64,000 nt of DNA from Woeseiaceae bacterium (GTDB taxonomy: Bacteria; Pseudomonadota; Gammaproteobacteria; Steroidobacterales; Woeseiaceae). Numbering within the stretch: the stretch's first letter is position 1; every line of letters starts with the position of its first letter. Location: assembly GCA_041579335.1 (NCBI GenBank), contig JBFGFX010000001.1:150-64149 (forward strand), read 5' to 3'. Of the stretch, positions 18,177-27,300 are shown piece by piece. The notes beneath the pieces are model-generated. The model was given only the letters and a program-made list of their open reading frames with translations, was not told the DNA's origin and did no database searches. A program made the translations under genes and the position numbers.

Positions 18177-19019
18177 ATGCGTGGACGAATGACAAAAACT
18201 GGTCCGTTGGCGGCGGCAGGTGCGATGATCGTCTTCCTCGCTACACCCGCATTCGCCGACCACAAGGGGAATCATCCTCCGTCCGGCGGAGACGGCGGCA
18301 AAAAAGTCGCGTTGCCCGATAGCGGTCAGGCCGACATCACATCGGAGCACGACGAGGTCTATGTTGACGGCGAGGGCGGTATCCTCGCAGTTTTCGACGG
18401 CGGCGGCGCGCCCGAGTTTGCGACGGCTTCCAAATTGCCGAAAAAAAACCTGGGCTCGATACGCAAGATCGTTGTGAGCGCCCGAGACGCAGACGGTTTC
18501 TGCGATCCCGGTGGCGCTTTCGACGACGTGTGTGCAGGCGGTTTCTATTTCGGCGGCGCCAGGCTTGCGAGCTTCAATACCCGCTGTAACGACCTGAACA
18601 TCCCGATCAGCGGGCCGTGCGATATGGATCAGATGGCCGTGGGCGACTCAAGAAAGTTTCGACTGTCGATCGTCCCCGACTTCGAAAACGGTTTCAGCTC
18701 GATTTTTCGTCTTCGCTTCGGCGCGGCGTGCAAAGACTCAACGGGGAGTACACTGGTCTTCCCGGCAAGCATGGCGGACGCGACGCCCGCGATGATCGTG
18801 GTGAGCGGAAATCCCGACGACCCGCAGGGCAAGCTGTGGCGGTTCGATTCGTCCACCATTCGGACGAACGTCGATCCGATTACGGAGTTGCCGGCCGGAC
18901 CCAATTACAACGCCTGGCTCTGCCGGGAAGTGCAGACGGGTCACGGACAGAATCGGACCTGGGAGGTGTCATCGCGACGGGTACTCGTCGACTTCACCTG
19001 GGAGATCTGGGACAAGTAG
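18177..19019 (+). CDS. secreted Cys-rich hypothetical protein
   Basis: Track ORF of 280 aa with AGGAG upstream and signal peptide MRGRMTKTGPLAAAGAMIVFLATPAFA. The mature part has 6 Cys. I recognise no domain. Confidence 0.65.
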   Translation: MRGRMTKTGPLAAAGAMIVFLATPAFADHKGNHPPSGGDGGKKVALPDSGQADITSEHDEVYVDGEGGILAVFDGGGAPEFATASKLPKKNLGSIRKIVVSARDADGFCDPGGAFDDVCAGGFYFGGARLASFNTRCNDLNIPISGPCDMDQMAVGDSRKFRLSIVPDFENGFSSIFRLRFGAACKDSTGSTLVFPASMADATPAMIVVSGNPDDPQGKLWRFDSSTIRTNVDPITELPAGPNYNAWLCREVQTGHGQNRTWEVSSRRVLVDFTWEIWDK

Positions 19020-19032
19020 CGACACGAAGCGA

Positions 19033-19060
19033 GACATTTCGCAATAGCGGGCGAAATGTC
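19033..19060. terminator. 10-bp perfect hairpin between convergent genes, a possible bidirectional terminator
   Basis: gacatttcgc (19033-19042) pairs with gcgaaatgtc (19051-19060) around an 8-nt loop. There is no U-tract. Confidence 0.45.
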
Positions 19061-19072
19061 CCCAGTGCCCGC

Positions 19073-19933
19073 TCAGTACAAGAGCTCCGCCCAGCGCCCG
19101 TCCTCGACGAGCTTGGCTTTGCGCTGCTGCCAGACTTCCTTCGAGCCGGCTAAGCGCGAGAAGAGCTCGTCGAGCTCGTCGCGGACGTTCTCGAGTCCCG
19201 CTAAGTAGACGTAGGTCTTGTCGTCCGACAGCATTTCCATGATCTCTTCCGAGCGCGTCTCCAGACAGTATTCCCAGGCGATCGGATCGGCCCAGTGGGG
19301 ACGCGGGGATACGGCTTTGAAGGCTTCGAACGTCTCTTCGTCGTAATACTGGGCGAAGTCGTCGCGATGCTCGTTCATGTAGACGTGCTCGAGCCCGACG
19401 TGGGCGCCGTAGAATAGCCGCACCTTACCGCGCCAGTCGCCAACGTCCTTGTAAATGTGTTTGACGAGGGCGCGGAACGGCGCAATGCCGGTGCCGCTGC
19501 CGATCAGTATCAGGTTGGCGTCTTTGTCTTTGGGCACCTCGAACGCATAGCCGTAGGGCCCCGTGATCTCGATGTGGTTGCCGGGCTTCAAGTCGCAGAG
19601 GTAGTTCGAGGAGATGCCGTCGTAGCGTTCGCCGCTGTATTCGTCGATGTAGCTGCAGCGCCGGACCGCGATCGTAATGCGTGGTTTGCCGGTTTCCGTG
19701 CGCGATTGGGTGTCTGCCACGGTGTATAGCCGGAAATGGTGTTCGTGGCCGAGATCGTGTGGTCCGGGGATGACGACGCCGATGCTCTGACCGGGCCGAT
19801 AATCGAATGCCGCACGGTCCACCTCCAGCACGAGCTCGCGCACGTCGGCCTCGGCTTCATCCGGCGTGATACGGCTGCTCGATAGCACGGTCGCGTCGAA
19901 GCGTTCGCTCTTGTCGTAGTCGTCGAGCCTCAT
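19073..19933 (-). CDS. plant-type ferredoxin-NADP(+) reductase (FNR)
   Basis: Track ORF of 286 aa. It has the FAD motif HFRLYTVAD (RLYSIAS-type), the NADP motif LILIGSGTGIAPFRA, and a C-terminal ...WAELLY ending in Tyr. An ATGA overlap links it to the upstream small ORF. Confidence 0.85.
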   Translation of the reverse strand: MRLDDYDKSERFDATVLSSSRITPDEAEADVRELVLEVDRAAFDYRPGQSIGVVIPGPHDLGHEHHFRLYTVADTQSRTETGKPRITIAVRRCSYIDEYSGERYDGISSNYLCDLKPGNHIEITGPYGYAFEVPKDKDANLILIGSGTGIAPFRALVKHIYKDVGDWRGKVRLFYGAHVGLEHVYMNEHRDDFAQYYDEETFEAFKAVSPRPHWADPIAWEYCLETRSEEIMEMLSDDKTYVYLAGLENVRDELDELFSRLAGSKEVWQQRKAKLVEDGRWAELLY

Positions 19934-20139
19934 GCGTCACTCTCCCTTTGATCGATGTACTTTGAATTTGGGTCTTCATTACAGCGGCTGGCGCACCCGC
20001 AGCGCCCGCACTCGCTGCGCCCGGCCAAGGCATCGCCGTCGGTCGAAGGGAATTGCCGGCGCCACGCGTGCTGCACGGCTACCCATCCGAGCAGCAGCAG
20101 CGGCGGCAACGACAGCGCCAGAAGGTAGTGCTTCAGCAT
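19930..20139 (-). CDS. small membrane protein with a Cys cluster (one TM helix plus CGRCGCASRC)
   Basis: Track ORF of 69 aa: MLKHYLLALSLPPLLLLGWVAVQ ... SECGRCGCASRCNED. It is wedged between rnfA (2-nt gap) and FNR (4-nt overlap). Confidence 0.6.
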   Translation of the reverse strand: MLKHYLLALSLPPLLLLGWVAVQHAWRRQFPSTDGDALAGRSECGRCGCASRCNEDPNSKYIDQRESDA

Positions 20140-20141
20140 GC

Positions 20142-20723
20142 CTACGCTCCCAGCCCGGCGAAGCCCATGAACGTCAGCGACAGTACGCCGGCGACCATCA
20201 GCGCGATCGCGGTTCCTTTGGCGACGTCGGGCATCGTGGCAAGCTCGAGCTTCTCGCGGATGCCTGCCATCAGGATCAATGCCACGGCGAATCCGATCCC
20301 GGCACCGAGGGCGTAGATGAGCGCCTGTGGGAAATCGTATTCTTTGTTGGTCTGGAACAGAGCCAGACCCAGGATTGCGCAGTTCGTCGTGATCAGCGGC
20401 AGGAAAATACCGAGCGCGCGGAACAGCGCGGGGCTCACTTTCTTGATGAACATCTCGACCAGCTGCACCGTCGAGGCGATGACGACGATGAACGCGATGA
20501 GCTCCAGGAACGGCGCGCCGATCGCGATCAGCAGGTGATGGATCGCGTAGGCGCAGACCGAGCTCACCAGCATGACGAACATGACGGCCCCGCCCATGCG
20601 GGTGGCCGTCGCCATCTTCGCCGAGACGCCCAGGAACGGGCAGATCCCCAAAAAGTACGCCAGCACGAAGTTATTCACGAGCGACGCGTTGACGAAGATC
20701 GACCACAGCGACTGCTCGTTCAC
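20142..20723 (-). CDS. rnfA: Rnf complex subunit A
   Basis: Track ORF 20142..20834, start re-set to GTG 20723 (AGGAGG upstream, GTGA overlap with the rnfE stop). It encodes 193 aa: VNNFVLAYFLGICPFLGVS ... LPLITTNCAILG. Confidence 0.9.
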   Translation of the reverse strand: MNEQSLWSIFVNASLVNNFVLAYFLGICPFLGVSAKMATATRMGGAVMFVMLVSSVCAYAIHHLLIAIGAPFLELIAFIVVIASTVQLVEMFIKKVSPALFRALGIFLPLITTNCAILGLALFQTNKEYDFPQALIYALGAGIGFAVALILMAGIREKLELATMPDVAKGTAIALMVAGVLSLTFMGFAGLGA

Positions 20724-21352
20724 TGGAGCACCTCCTGAAGTCGCGTCTCGCGTCGCTGCTTGAGCCAGTTGATCAGGAGCAGCCAGCCCGCGAGCGTGAA
20801 GAAGCCGCCGCTCGGCAGGATCATCACAATCCAAGGCTCGAAAGCGGCGGGGAACAGCGCCTGGCCGAACAGCGTGCCGTTGCCCAGAATCTCGCGCACG
20901 CCGCCCAAGCAGAAGAGCGCCAGGGTGAAGCCTAAGCCCATGCCGAGACCGTCGAGCATCGCCAAGCGTACGCTGTGCTTCGAGGCGAACGCCTCAGCGC
21001 GGCCGAGTATCAGGCAGTTGACGACGATGAGCGATATGAACGCCCCCAACGCACGATGCAGGTCGACGCTGATCGCCTCGATCGCATAGTCGACGATGGT
21101 CACGAACGTGGCGATGATCAGAATGTACGTCGCAATGCGGACCTGCTTCGGGATGAAGTCGCGCAACACGGAAACGAGGGTGTTCGACATGAACATCACG
21201 AACGTCGTCGCGAGGCCCATCGCGATGCCGTTCTCGGCCGAGTTCGTCACCGCGAGCACCGGGCACATGCCGAGCACCTGCACGAACACGGGGTTCTCGC
21301 GCCATACGCCCTTTAAGAACTCGTCCCGCGGATTCGGCTCAGTTGCCTGCAT
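20720..21352 (-). CDS. rnfE: Rnf complex subunit E
   Basis: Track ORF 20720..21718, start re-set to MQATEPNPRDEFLKGVWRENPVFVQVLGMCPVLAVT (ATG 21352). It encodes 210 aa with LIVVNCLILGRAEAFA. Confidence 0.9.
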   Translation of the reverse strand: MQATEPNPRDEFLKGVWRENPVFVQVLGMCPVLAVTNSAENGIAMGLATTFVMFMSNTLVSVLRDFIPKQVRIATYILIIATFVTIVDYAIEAISVDLHRALGAFISLIVVNCLILGRAEAFASKHSVRLAMLDGLGMGLGFTLALFCLGGVREILGNGTLFGQALFPAAFEPWIVMILPSGGFFTLAGWLLLINWLKQRRETRLQEVLQ

Positions 21353-22013
21353 CGATCCCTCCCGACTCGAGCTGATGGAGCTCTCTGGCGATGACGGGGA
21401 CCCAAGCCGCGGTGCTGGTCGCAAGGATATTGCCGATCGCCTGCGACGATACGGTCGCGCCCGTGATGCCGTCGATCTGCCAAGCCTCCGTTTTTTTCCC
21501 CGCCTTGACGGTCTCGATCGGATGCGCGAGCGCATCGCCCGTTGCGTCCAGGCCGACGTCGAGCGCCTCGAAGTTGGCGAGGAAATCGGCATCGGACTCG
21601 ATCTTGTCGCCCAAGCCCGGCGTCTCCTTGCTCGCGAGGACTCGCACACCGACGATCGCCTCGCGGGCCGGCGCATATCCGTACAGCAGGCTGATCGTGT
21701 CGGCATAGCCCATGCCACTGGCCTCGACTGCCACGCCGACCAGACGACCGCTGTCGTCGAAACCGGCGTGAACGCGTTCGCCGGCCGGGCCCGTCGCAGG
21801 CTCGAGGCTTCCGTCCGCGGTCAGGGTAAACGTCGCGCGGCGACTCGCATCCGGCAGTACTGCGAACACCGCCCGCTCGAGGAATGCCGCGCGATTGCGC
21901 TCGATGACCGGGAGCGTCCCCTGATACGCGACGGCGATCAGCAGACCGCACAGCATGCCGATGCCCACGAGCGCGCGGTACATAGGCCAGGTCGGCTGCG
22001 CGCCGCTGGTCAC
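21339..22013 (-). CDS. rnfG: Rnf complex subunit G (FMN-binding)
   Basis: Track ORF of 224 aa with an N-terminal TM helix. It has the flavinylation-type motif IDGITGATVSS. A GTGA overlap links it to the rnfD stop. Confidence 0.85.
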   Translation of the reverse strand: MTSGAQPTWPMYRALVGIGMLCGLLIAVAYQGTLPVIERNRAAFLERAVFAVLPDASRRATFTLTADGSLEPATGPAGERVHAGFDDSGRLVGVAVEASGMGYADTISLLYGYAPAREAIVGVRVLASKETPGLGDKIESDADFLANFEALDVGLDATGDALAHPIETVKAGKKTEAWQIDGITGATVSSQAIGNILATSTAAWVPVIARELHQLESGGIDAGN

Positions 22014-23032
22014 GATGACCTCCTTGCGCGCGTGCCGTAAACGCGCGGCTGGATCAGCGAATCGATGTGCGGTGAGACGGCATTGCCGATGAGAATGGCG
22101 TACATCACCCCTTCGGGCATGCCGCCCCAGAGCCGGATCACCACGACGAGAGTGCCGATCAGCACGCCGTAGAGCACGCAGCCTGTACCGGTCATGGGCG
22201 AAGCCACCATGTCCGTCGCCATGAAAACGGCCCCGAGCATCAGGCCCCCGGCGAACAGCATGAACACCGGACTCGGGTATGTTGCGGGGTCGAGCAGGTG
22301 CAAAGCGCCGCTTATCGTAAACACGGACGCAAGAATCGCAATCGGGATGCGCCAGTTCATCATGTTGCGCGCCACGAGATAGGCGCCGCCCAAGAGAATC
22401 AGAAGCGCCGAGGTCTCGCCGGTCGAGCCGGCGGTAAAACCCATCACGAGGTCGTTGACCGCGGTTACGGCACCATCGAACTTCATGGCCGCAAGCGGAG
22501 TGGCCCCGGTCGTCACGTCGTAGGCAGGCGTCGCGAACGGAAACGCCAGCGTCGAGGCCGGTAGCGTCGTGAAGCGATCGGCGCCGAGTGATGGATACCA
22601 GGTGGTCATCGCGACCGGGAAAGCGGCAGCGAGAAACGCCCGCGCCACCAGCGCCGGGTTGAATGCGTTGTAGCCCAGACCTCCGAACATGAACTTACCG
22701 ACCCCCACGCCGACGGCGCCGCCGACCACGACCATCCAGACGGGCAACCCCGGCGGCAGCGTGAGCCCGTATAGGAGCCCCGTGATGACGACGGACCAGT
22801 CGCGCAGGGTCGTCGCTTTGCCGTTCAGGCGGCACAGAAGGTGCTCGGTCGCGACGCAGCTCGCCGTCGCTGCAGTCAACGTCACCAAGGCCGCGAGCCC
22901 GAACGCGTAGACGGCAAACACGCATACCGGAATGAGCGCGTAGACGACGTTGCGCATGATGTGCTCGACGCTTAAGCCGCTCGCGATATGCGGCGAGGTA
23001 TGGATCTCGAGCGTCGTGCTTCGCGTCGTCAT
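22010..23032 (-). CDS. rnfD: Rnf complex subunit D
   Basis: Track ORF 22010..23860, start re-set to MTTRSTTLEIHTSPHI (ATG 23032). It is a 340-aa polytopic membrane protein with DVTTGATPLAAMK (SGAT-type FMN site). Confidence 0.9.
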   Translation of the reverse strand: MTTRSTTLEIHTSPHIASGLSVEHIMRNVVYALIPVCVFAVYAFGLAALVTLTAATASCVATEHLLCRLNGKATTLRDWSVVITGLLYGLTLPPGLPVWMVVVGGAVGVGVGKFMFGGLGYNAFNPALVARAFLAAAFPVAMTTWYPSLGADRFTTLPASTLAFPFATPAYDVTTGATPLAAMKFDGAVTAVNDLVMGFTAGSTGETSALLILLGGAYLVARNMMNWRIPIAILASVFTISGALHLLDPATYPSPVFMLFAGGLMLGAVFMATDMVASPMTGTGCVLYGVLIGTLVVVIRLWGGMPEGVMYAILIGNAVSPHIDSLIQPRVYGTRARRSS

Positions 23033-24369
23033 CAGGCGACCCTCCGCTTGCGGACAATCGCTTTGGACTGGCGGAAGCGCTGAACGAGCGGAATATTCGA
23101 CGGACAGACGTAGGCGCAGGAGCCGCACTCGAAACAGTCCAGGAGATGGAACTCGTCGGCCATGCGCTCGTAACAGGCGTTCTTTGCAAGGATCCCTAGC
23201 ATCGCCGGATTTAGAAAAACCGGGCAGGCATCGACGCAATACGCGCAGCGAATGCAGGCGTACTCGCGCCGTGCTTCGCCGGTCTCGGCCGCCGTGAACG
23301 CGACGAAGCCCGAGGTGCCTTTGGTGATCGGGATGTCGAGGCTCGACAGCGCCTGGCCCATCATCGGCCCGCCCAGGAACACGCGGCTGATGTCGTCGCT
23401 GGCGGAGGCCTGCTCGAGCGCGAAACCGAGCGGCGTGCCGATCGGGATACGGTAGTTGCCTTTGCGCCGAATCGCCGGGCCCGTGATGGTGACCACGCGT
23501 TCCTGGATGCCTCGCCCGTACGGTAAGAGCCTGCCGATTTCGGCCGCGGTGGCGACGTTGACGACGACGATGCCGACGTCGATCGGCAGCCCGCCCGACG
23601 GTACCTCGGCGCCCGTGAGCGCCGTGATCAGCATCTTCTCGGCGCCCTGCGGGTATTTCACCTTCAGGACTTCGATGTCTACGGGCAGGTCGGTTGGAGC
23701 GGCGGCGCGCAGCGCGCCGGCCGCGTCGAGCTTGTTCGCCTCGACGCCGATGAGCGCGCGATTCGCGCCGGTCGCTTTGAGCAAATAGCGGATGCCTTTG
23801 TGAACGTCCGCCGCCTGTTCCAGCATCACGCGATGGTCCGTCGTCAAATACGGCTCGCATTCGATGCCGTTCAAGATGAGGACATCGATCGATTTGCCGT
23901 CGGGTGGCCTGAGCTTGACGTGGGTCGGAAACGCGGCGCCGCCCAGGCCCACGATCCCGGCGGCCTGTATCGCCGCGACGATCTCGTCCGGCGTTGCGCC
24001 GTCGGGCTCGCAGGGCTCACCGTCGATCGCCTCCTGGGACGAGCCCGGATGCGGCTCGAGATAGATGCCGGGCACCATCTTGCCCACGATGCTCGGAACC
24101 AGCCCGATCCGGCGCACGACCCCCGAGGCCGGCGCATGCTGCGGCACCGAGACGAATCCGTCCGCTCTCGCGATGAGCTGGCCGCGGCGCACCTCTTCTC
24201 CCTCCCGCACGACCGCGACGGACGGATTACCGAAATGCTGCGCCAGCGGGATCACGAGCACCGGCGCGAACGGGAACTGCCGGATGCTCGAGCTGCGCGT
24301 ATCGTCCTTGGAGTCCGGCGGATGAATGCCGTGGCGGAAGCTCGGGTAGCGTTTCAACCAGTCCGTCAT
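23032..24369 (-). CDS. rnfC: Rnf complex subunit C (NADH/FMN-binding, 2x[4Fe-4S])
   Basis: Track ORF 23032..24714, start re-set to MTDWLKRYPSFRHGIHPP (ATG 24369). It encodes 445 aa with GIVGLGGAAFPTHVKL, NGIECEPYLT, CIRCAYCVDACP and CFECGSCAYVCP. Confidence 0.9.
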   Translation of the reverse strand: MTDWLKRYPSFRHGIHPPDSKDDTRSSSIRQFPFAPVLVIPLAQHFGNPSVAVVREGEEVRRGQLIARADGFVSVPQHAPASGVVRRIGLVPSIVGKMVPGIYLEPHPGSSQEAIDGEPCEPDGATPDEIVAAIQAAGIVGLGGAAFPTHVKLRPPDGKSIDVLILNGIECEPYLTTDHRVMLEQAADVHKGIRYLLKATGANRALIGVEANKLDAAGALRAAAPTDLPVDIEVLKVKYPQGAEKMLITALTGAEVPSGGLPIDVGIVVVNVATAAEIGRLLPYGRGIQERVVTITGPAIRRKGNYRIPIGTPLGFALEQASASDDISRVFLGGPMMGQALSSLDIPITKGTSGFVAFTAAETGEARREYACIRCAYCVDACPVFLNPAMLGILAKNACYERMADEFHLLDCFECGSCAYVCPSNIPLVQRFRQSKAIVRKRRVA

Positions 24370-24370
24370 C

Positions 24371-27300
24371 TCAATTGAACTTGCTGCCGCGCGCAATCCA
24401 TTTGCCGATGTCTTTCGCCGACCTGTCGCGCGGCAGCCCCGGGTGGATGACCTGCGCCGTGCACTTTTCCGCGGCTCTGACGAGGTCGCTGTACGGTCCT
24501 GCATTCGGATCCTTGATGAACGCTTTCTTGTCCTCGTTGTACTCGAAGACGCTGGAGTTGATCTTGATGCACTCGTCGCACGAGGTGCAGTCGTCGGTAT
24601 CGAGCCACGGCGCCATGTAGTCGCCGGCCTCCTGTTGCGCCGGCTCGGTCGGCGCGACCGCCGGCGATGCCGCTGCTGGCGATGCCGCTGCTGGCGCGGG
24701 GACCGCCGCTTCACCGCCGACCATCCGCGCGAGTACCTCCGCCATTCGTTGCGCCACGTCTTGACGCACGCGTGCCTCGATCTCGGGTATAGACGGTGCG
24801 CTCTTGCGCACGCCGCCGAGCGCGCGCAGCATCGTCCAGAAGTCGCGCCGGTCTTCGCAGGATTCGACCATCGATCGATCGACCAGCAGGCGGCTCAAGT
24901 GATTCTTACGGTCGACCGTCCAGATGAACGGAAACCGATCCTCGCGCTCGCTCTCGTCCAGCTCGAGGAACTCGTGAAGCGGCACCATCTTCTCGTTCCA
25001 GCTATCGGGCGGTGCCATGCGGAAGTGCTTGCGGAAGCGCGTCTCTGTGATCGCGAAGTCGGCGAACGTCAGCGGCAGCTCCATGGTCTTCTCGCGCGAC
25101 CCCTGTCGGTAGGTCAGCGTGTACGTCGGCCAGTCCGCGTCCATAGCCGGGTTTCCCGAAAGATCGAAGCACTCGTCGGCCGTCGTGCCCCCGTCCGGGT
25201 CGTACTTGAACAACGGATAGGCGCGCGACTCGACGGCGAGCTTGGCCTGCTGCTCGCTCATGTCGTCGCCGATGCCGTGCTCGGGCTGACAGGACGTGTA
25301 CAGATTGAACAGCGCCGGACGACGCGCGAGCAGGCCTTCGATAAACCCTTCGATCATATGGCTCGCGTAGGCGATCGTGCTCTGCAGCACGTAGGTCGTG
25401 CGGTGCGCCATGCCGATGAGTCCGATCTCCTTGCGGACCTCCTCTTTGCCCTGGATCGCCTTGCCGAACTGCGCCATGTCGGAGACCTGGCCGAAGAACC
25501 CCGAGGTGCACGCCTGGCCGCCGGTATTCGAGTAGACCTGCGTATCGACGACGACGCACTTGATCGGTTTGCCCGACATCATGAGCCGCGAGAGGTTCTG
25601 GAAGCCGATGTCGTACATTGCGCCGTCGCCGCCGACCGCGACCACGGGCGGACACAGCTTGAATTCCTCGTCCGTGAACTGCCGCCAGTCGAAATAGGTG
25701 AAGAACTCGTCGTGCACCGACGGCCGGTATTCGCCGGTGAGCTCGAGCTCGGCTAGGCGTATCGTTTTGAAGCCCTCGGCCATTTTCGCCATGTGGCCCT
25801 CGAACACCCCCATCGCCAGCGACGGCGCGTCCTGGAACAGGTGATTCGCCCACGGGAATGGATACGGGTTGAACGGATACGTGCTGCCCCATACCGACGT
25901 GCAGCCGGTCGCGTTCAGCATCCCCATGCGTGCTCGCCCCTGTCCGGTCGTACCCTCGACGTAGCGCCACTTGAGCTTCTCGAGATCGCCGATAAGGCCG
26001 GTCATGCGTTTCAGCCATCCGGGATCGATCGGCTGCGAACCCTTGTCGTGCTCGATGCGATCCGCGATGCCGGCTAGCGTGACGTCGGCGTCGCCTAAGT
26101 CTTCGACGATGCTCGCAATCTCCGCCGTGTCGCTCAGGTCGATTTCGCCGACGAGCTTTGCCTGCACGTTCTTCTTCAGCCGGTCGACCAGGCCGTCGAG
26201 TTTTTCGACGTGCGCCGCTATGCGCGGCTGCATCAGTGCCTCGACGGTCGCGACGAACAGATGGATGACGGTCTTTTCCGCACACCCGAGGCAGGCGCCG
26301 TCGCCGCTCGCGAACGACAAATAGTTGTCCTTGTCGAGCAGCAGCGTCTCGAGCGCCCCGATCCGCTCCTCGAGATCGTCCACGCGGATGTATTTCTTCG
26401 GCGTATTCGGCAGGTCCAGCCAGAAGTCCCATTTGTGACGGAGGGCATCGATGGACTCGGCGGTCTGAGGCACCGGTTTCAGGGCGTCGTCGTCGCAGAC
26501 GGCGACGCATTCCATGCAGCCCTTGCAGGTGTAAGGATCGACCGTGATCGACAGCAGCCCGCCGGAGCCCTTCTCACGTTTCTCCGGCAGCGTGTAGTAG
26601 GGGCGGGACAGGGCAAATTGAAAGCCGTCGAGCTCTTCTGTGAAGCGGCCGAATTCCTCGGTGAGCGCCGCGCGGCTGTCGGCGTCGCTCGCGGCGATCG
26701 TTTGCTCGATCGCCTCTTCGATCAGGCCGGCGACCGAATCGGTCTCGCTAGCCGCGCTCATTCCCGCGCGGAGATACTGCTCCATCTGGCGCACGGCACG
26801 CGGCAGGTGTTCGACCGAAGCGCCGTTCTTCTTCACCCGCTTGACGACGGTGTCGAGGACCTGGCCGACGTCGTTGACGAGGCCAGGTATTGCGGTGTCG
26901 GGGCAGACGGTATAGCAGTTGCCGCAGGCCGTGCAGTTTTCCGCGTTCCACTCCGGATGTTCGAAACGAATGCCGGTCATGTCGCGATACAGCGAGGAAA
27001 CGGCCGGCATGACCCCCAGCCCGATGAATGGATCGGTGAGGTTGTCGTTGCCCATGCCGCGCGCGTAGAAGTTGCCGGTCTGCTCCCAGAATCGATGGAT
27101 GTCGGACGCGCTCGACCGGCTCTGGGGCAGGCGCTTGACCATGATCGGCACGGGCGGCTCGGGCGGCACTGCCGAGGCGCGGCTTTCTTTCAGCGTGAAC
27201 GGCTTGTCGCGAATCTCCTCCACCTCGTCGAAGCCGCGCCTGACCACGCGCATGTTGTCTTCGACGACCCGCGCGCCCTTGGCGCCGAACTTGTGCTCGA

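Noticed and set aside
19073-24369. Whether the membrane complex is Na+-NQR rather than Rnf
   Set aside because: An RnfC-type subunit with two 4Fe-4S motifs and an RnfB-type polyferredoxin are present. No NqrA or NqrF (2Fe-2S plus FNR fusion) is encoded. The downstream FNR lacks a 2Fe-2S domain and a membrane anchor.
24663-24692. The tandem 15-bp repeat as a CRISPR/VNTR-type element
   Set aside because: It has only two copies and lies in frame inside the PFOR linker, where it encodes repeated AASPA. It is reported as an intragenic repeat, not as an independent element.
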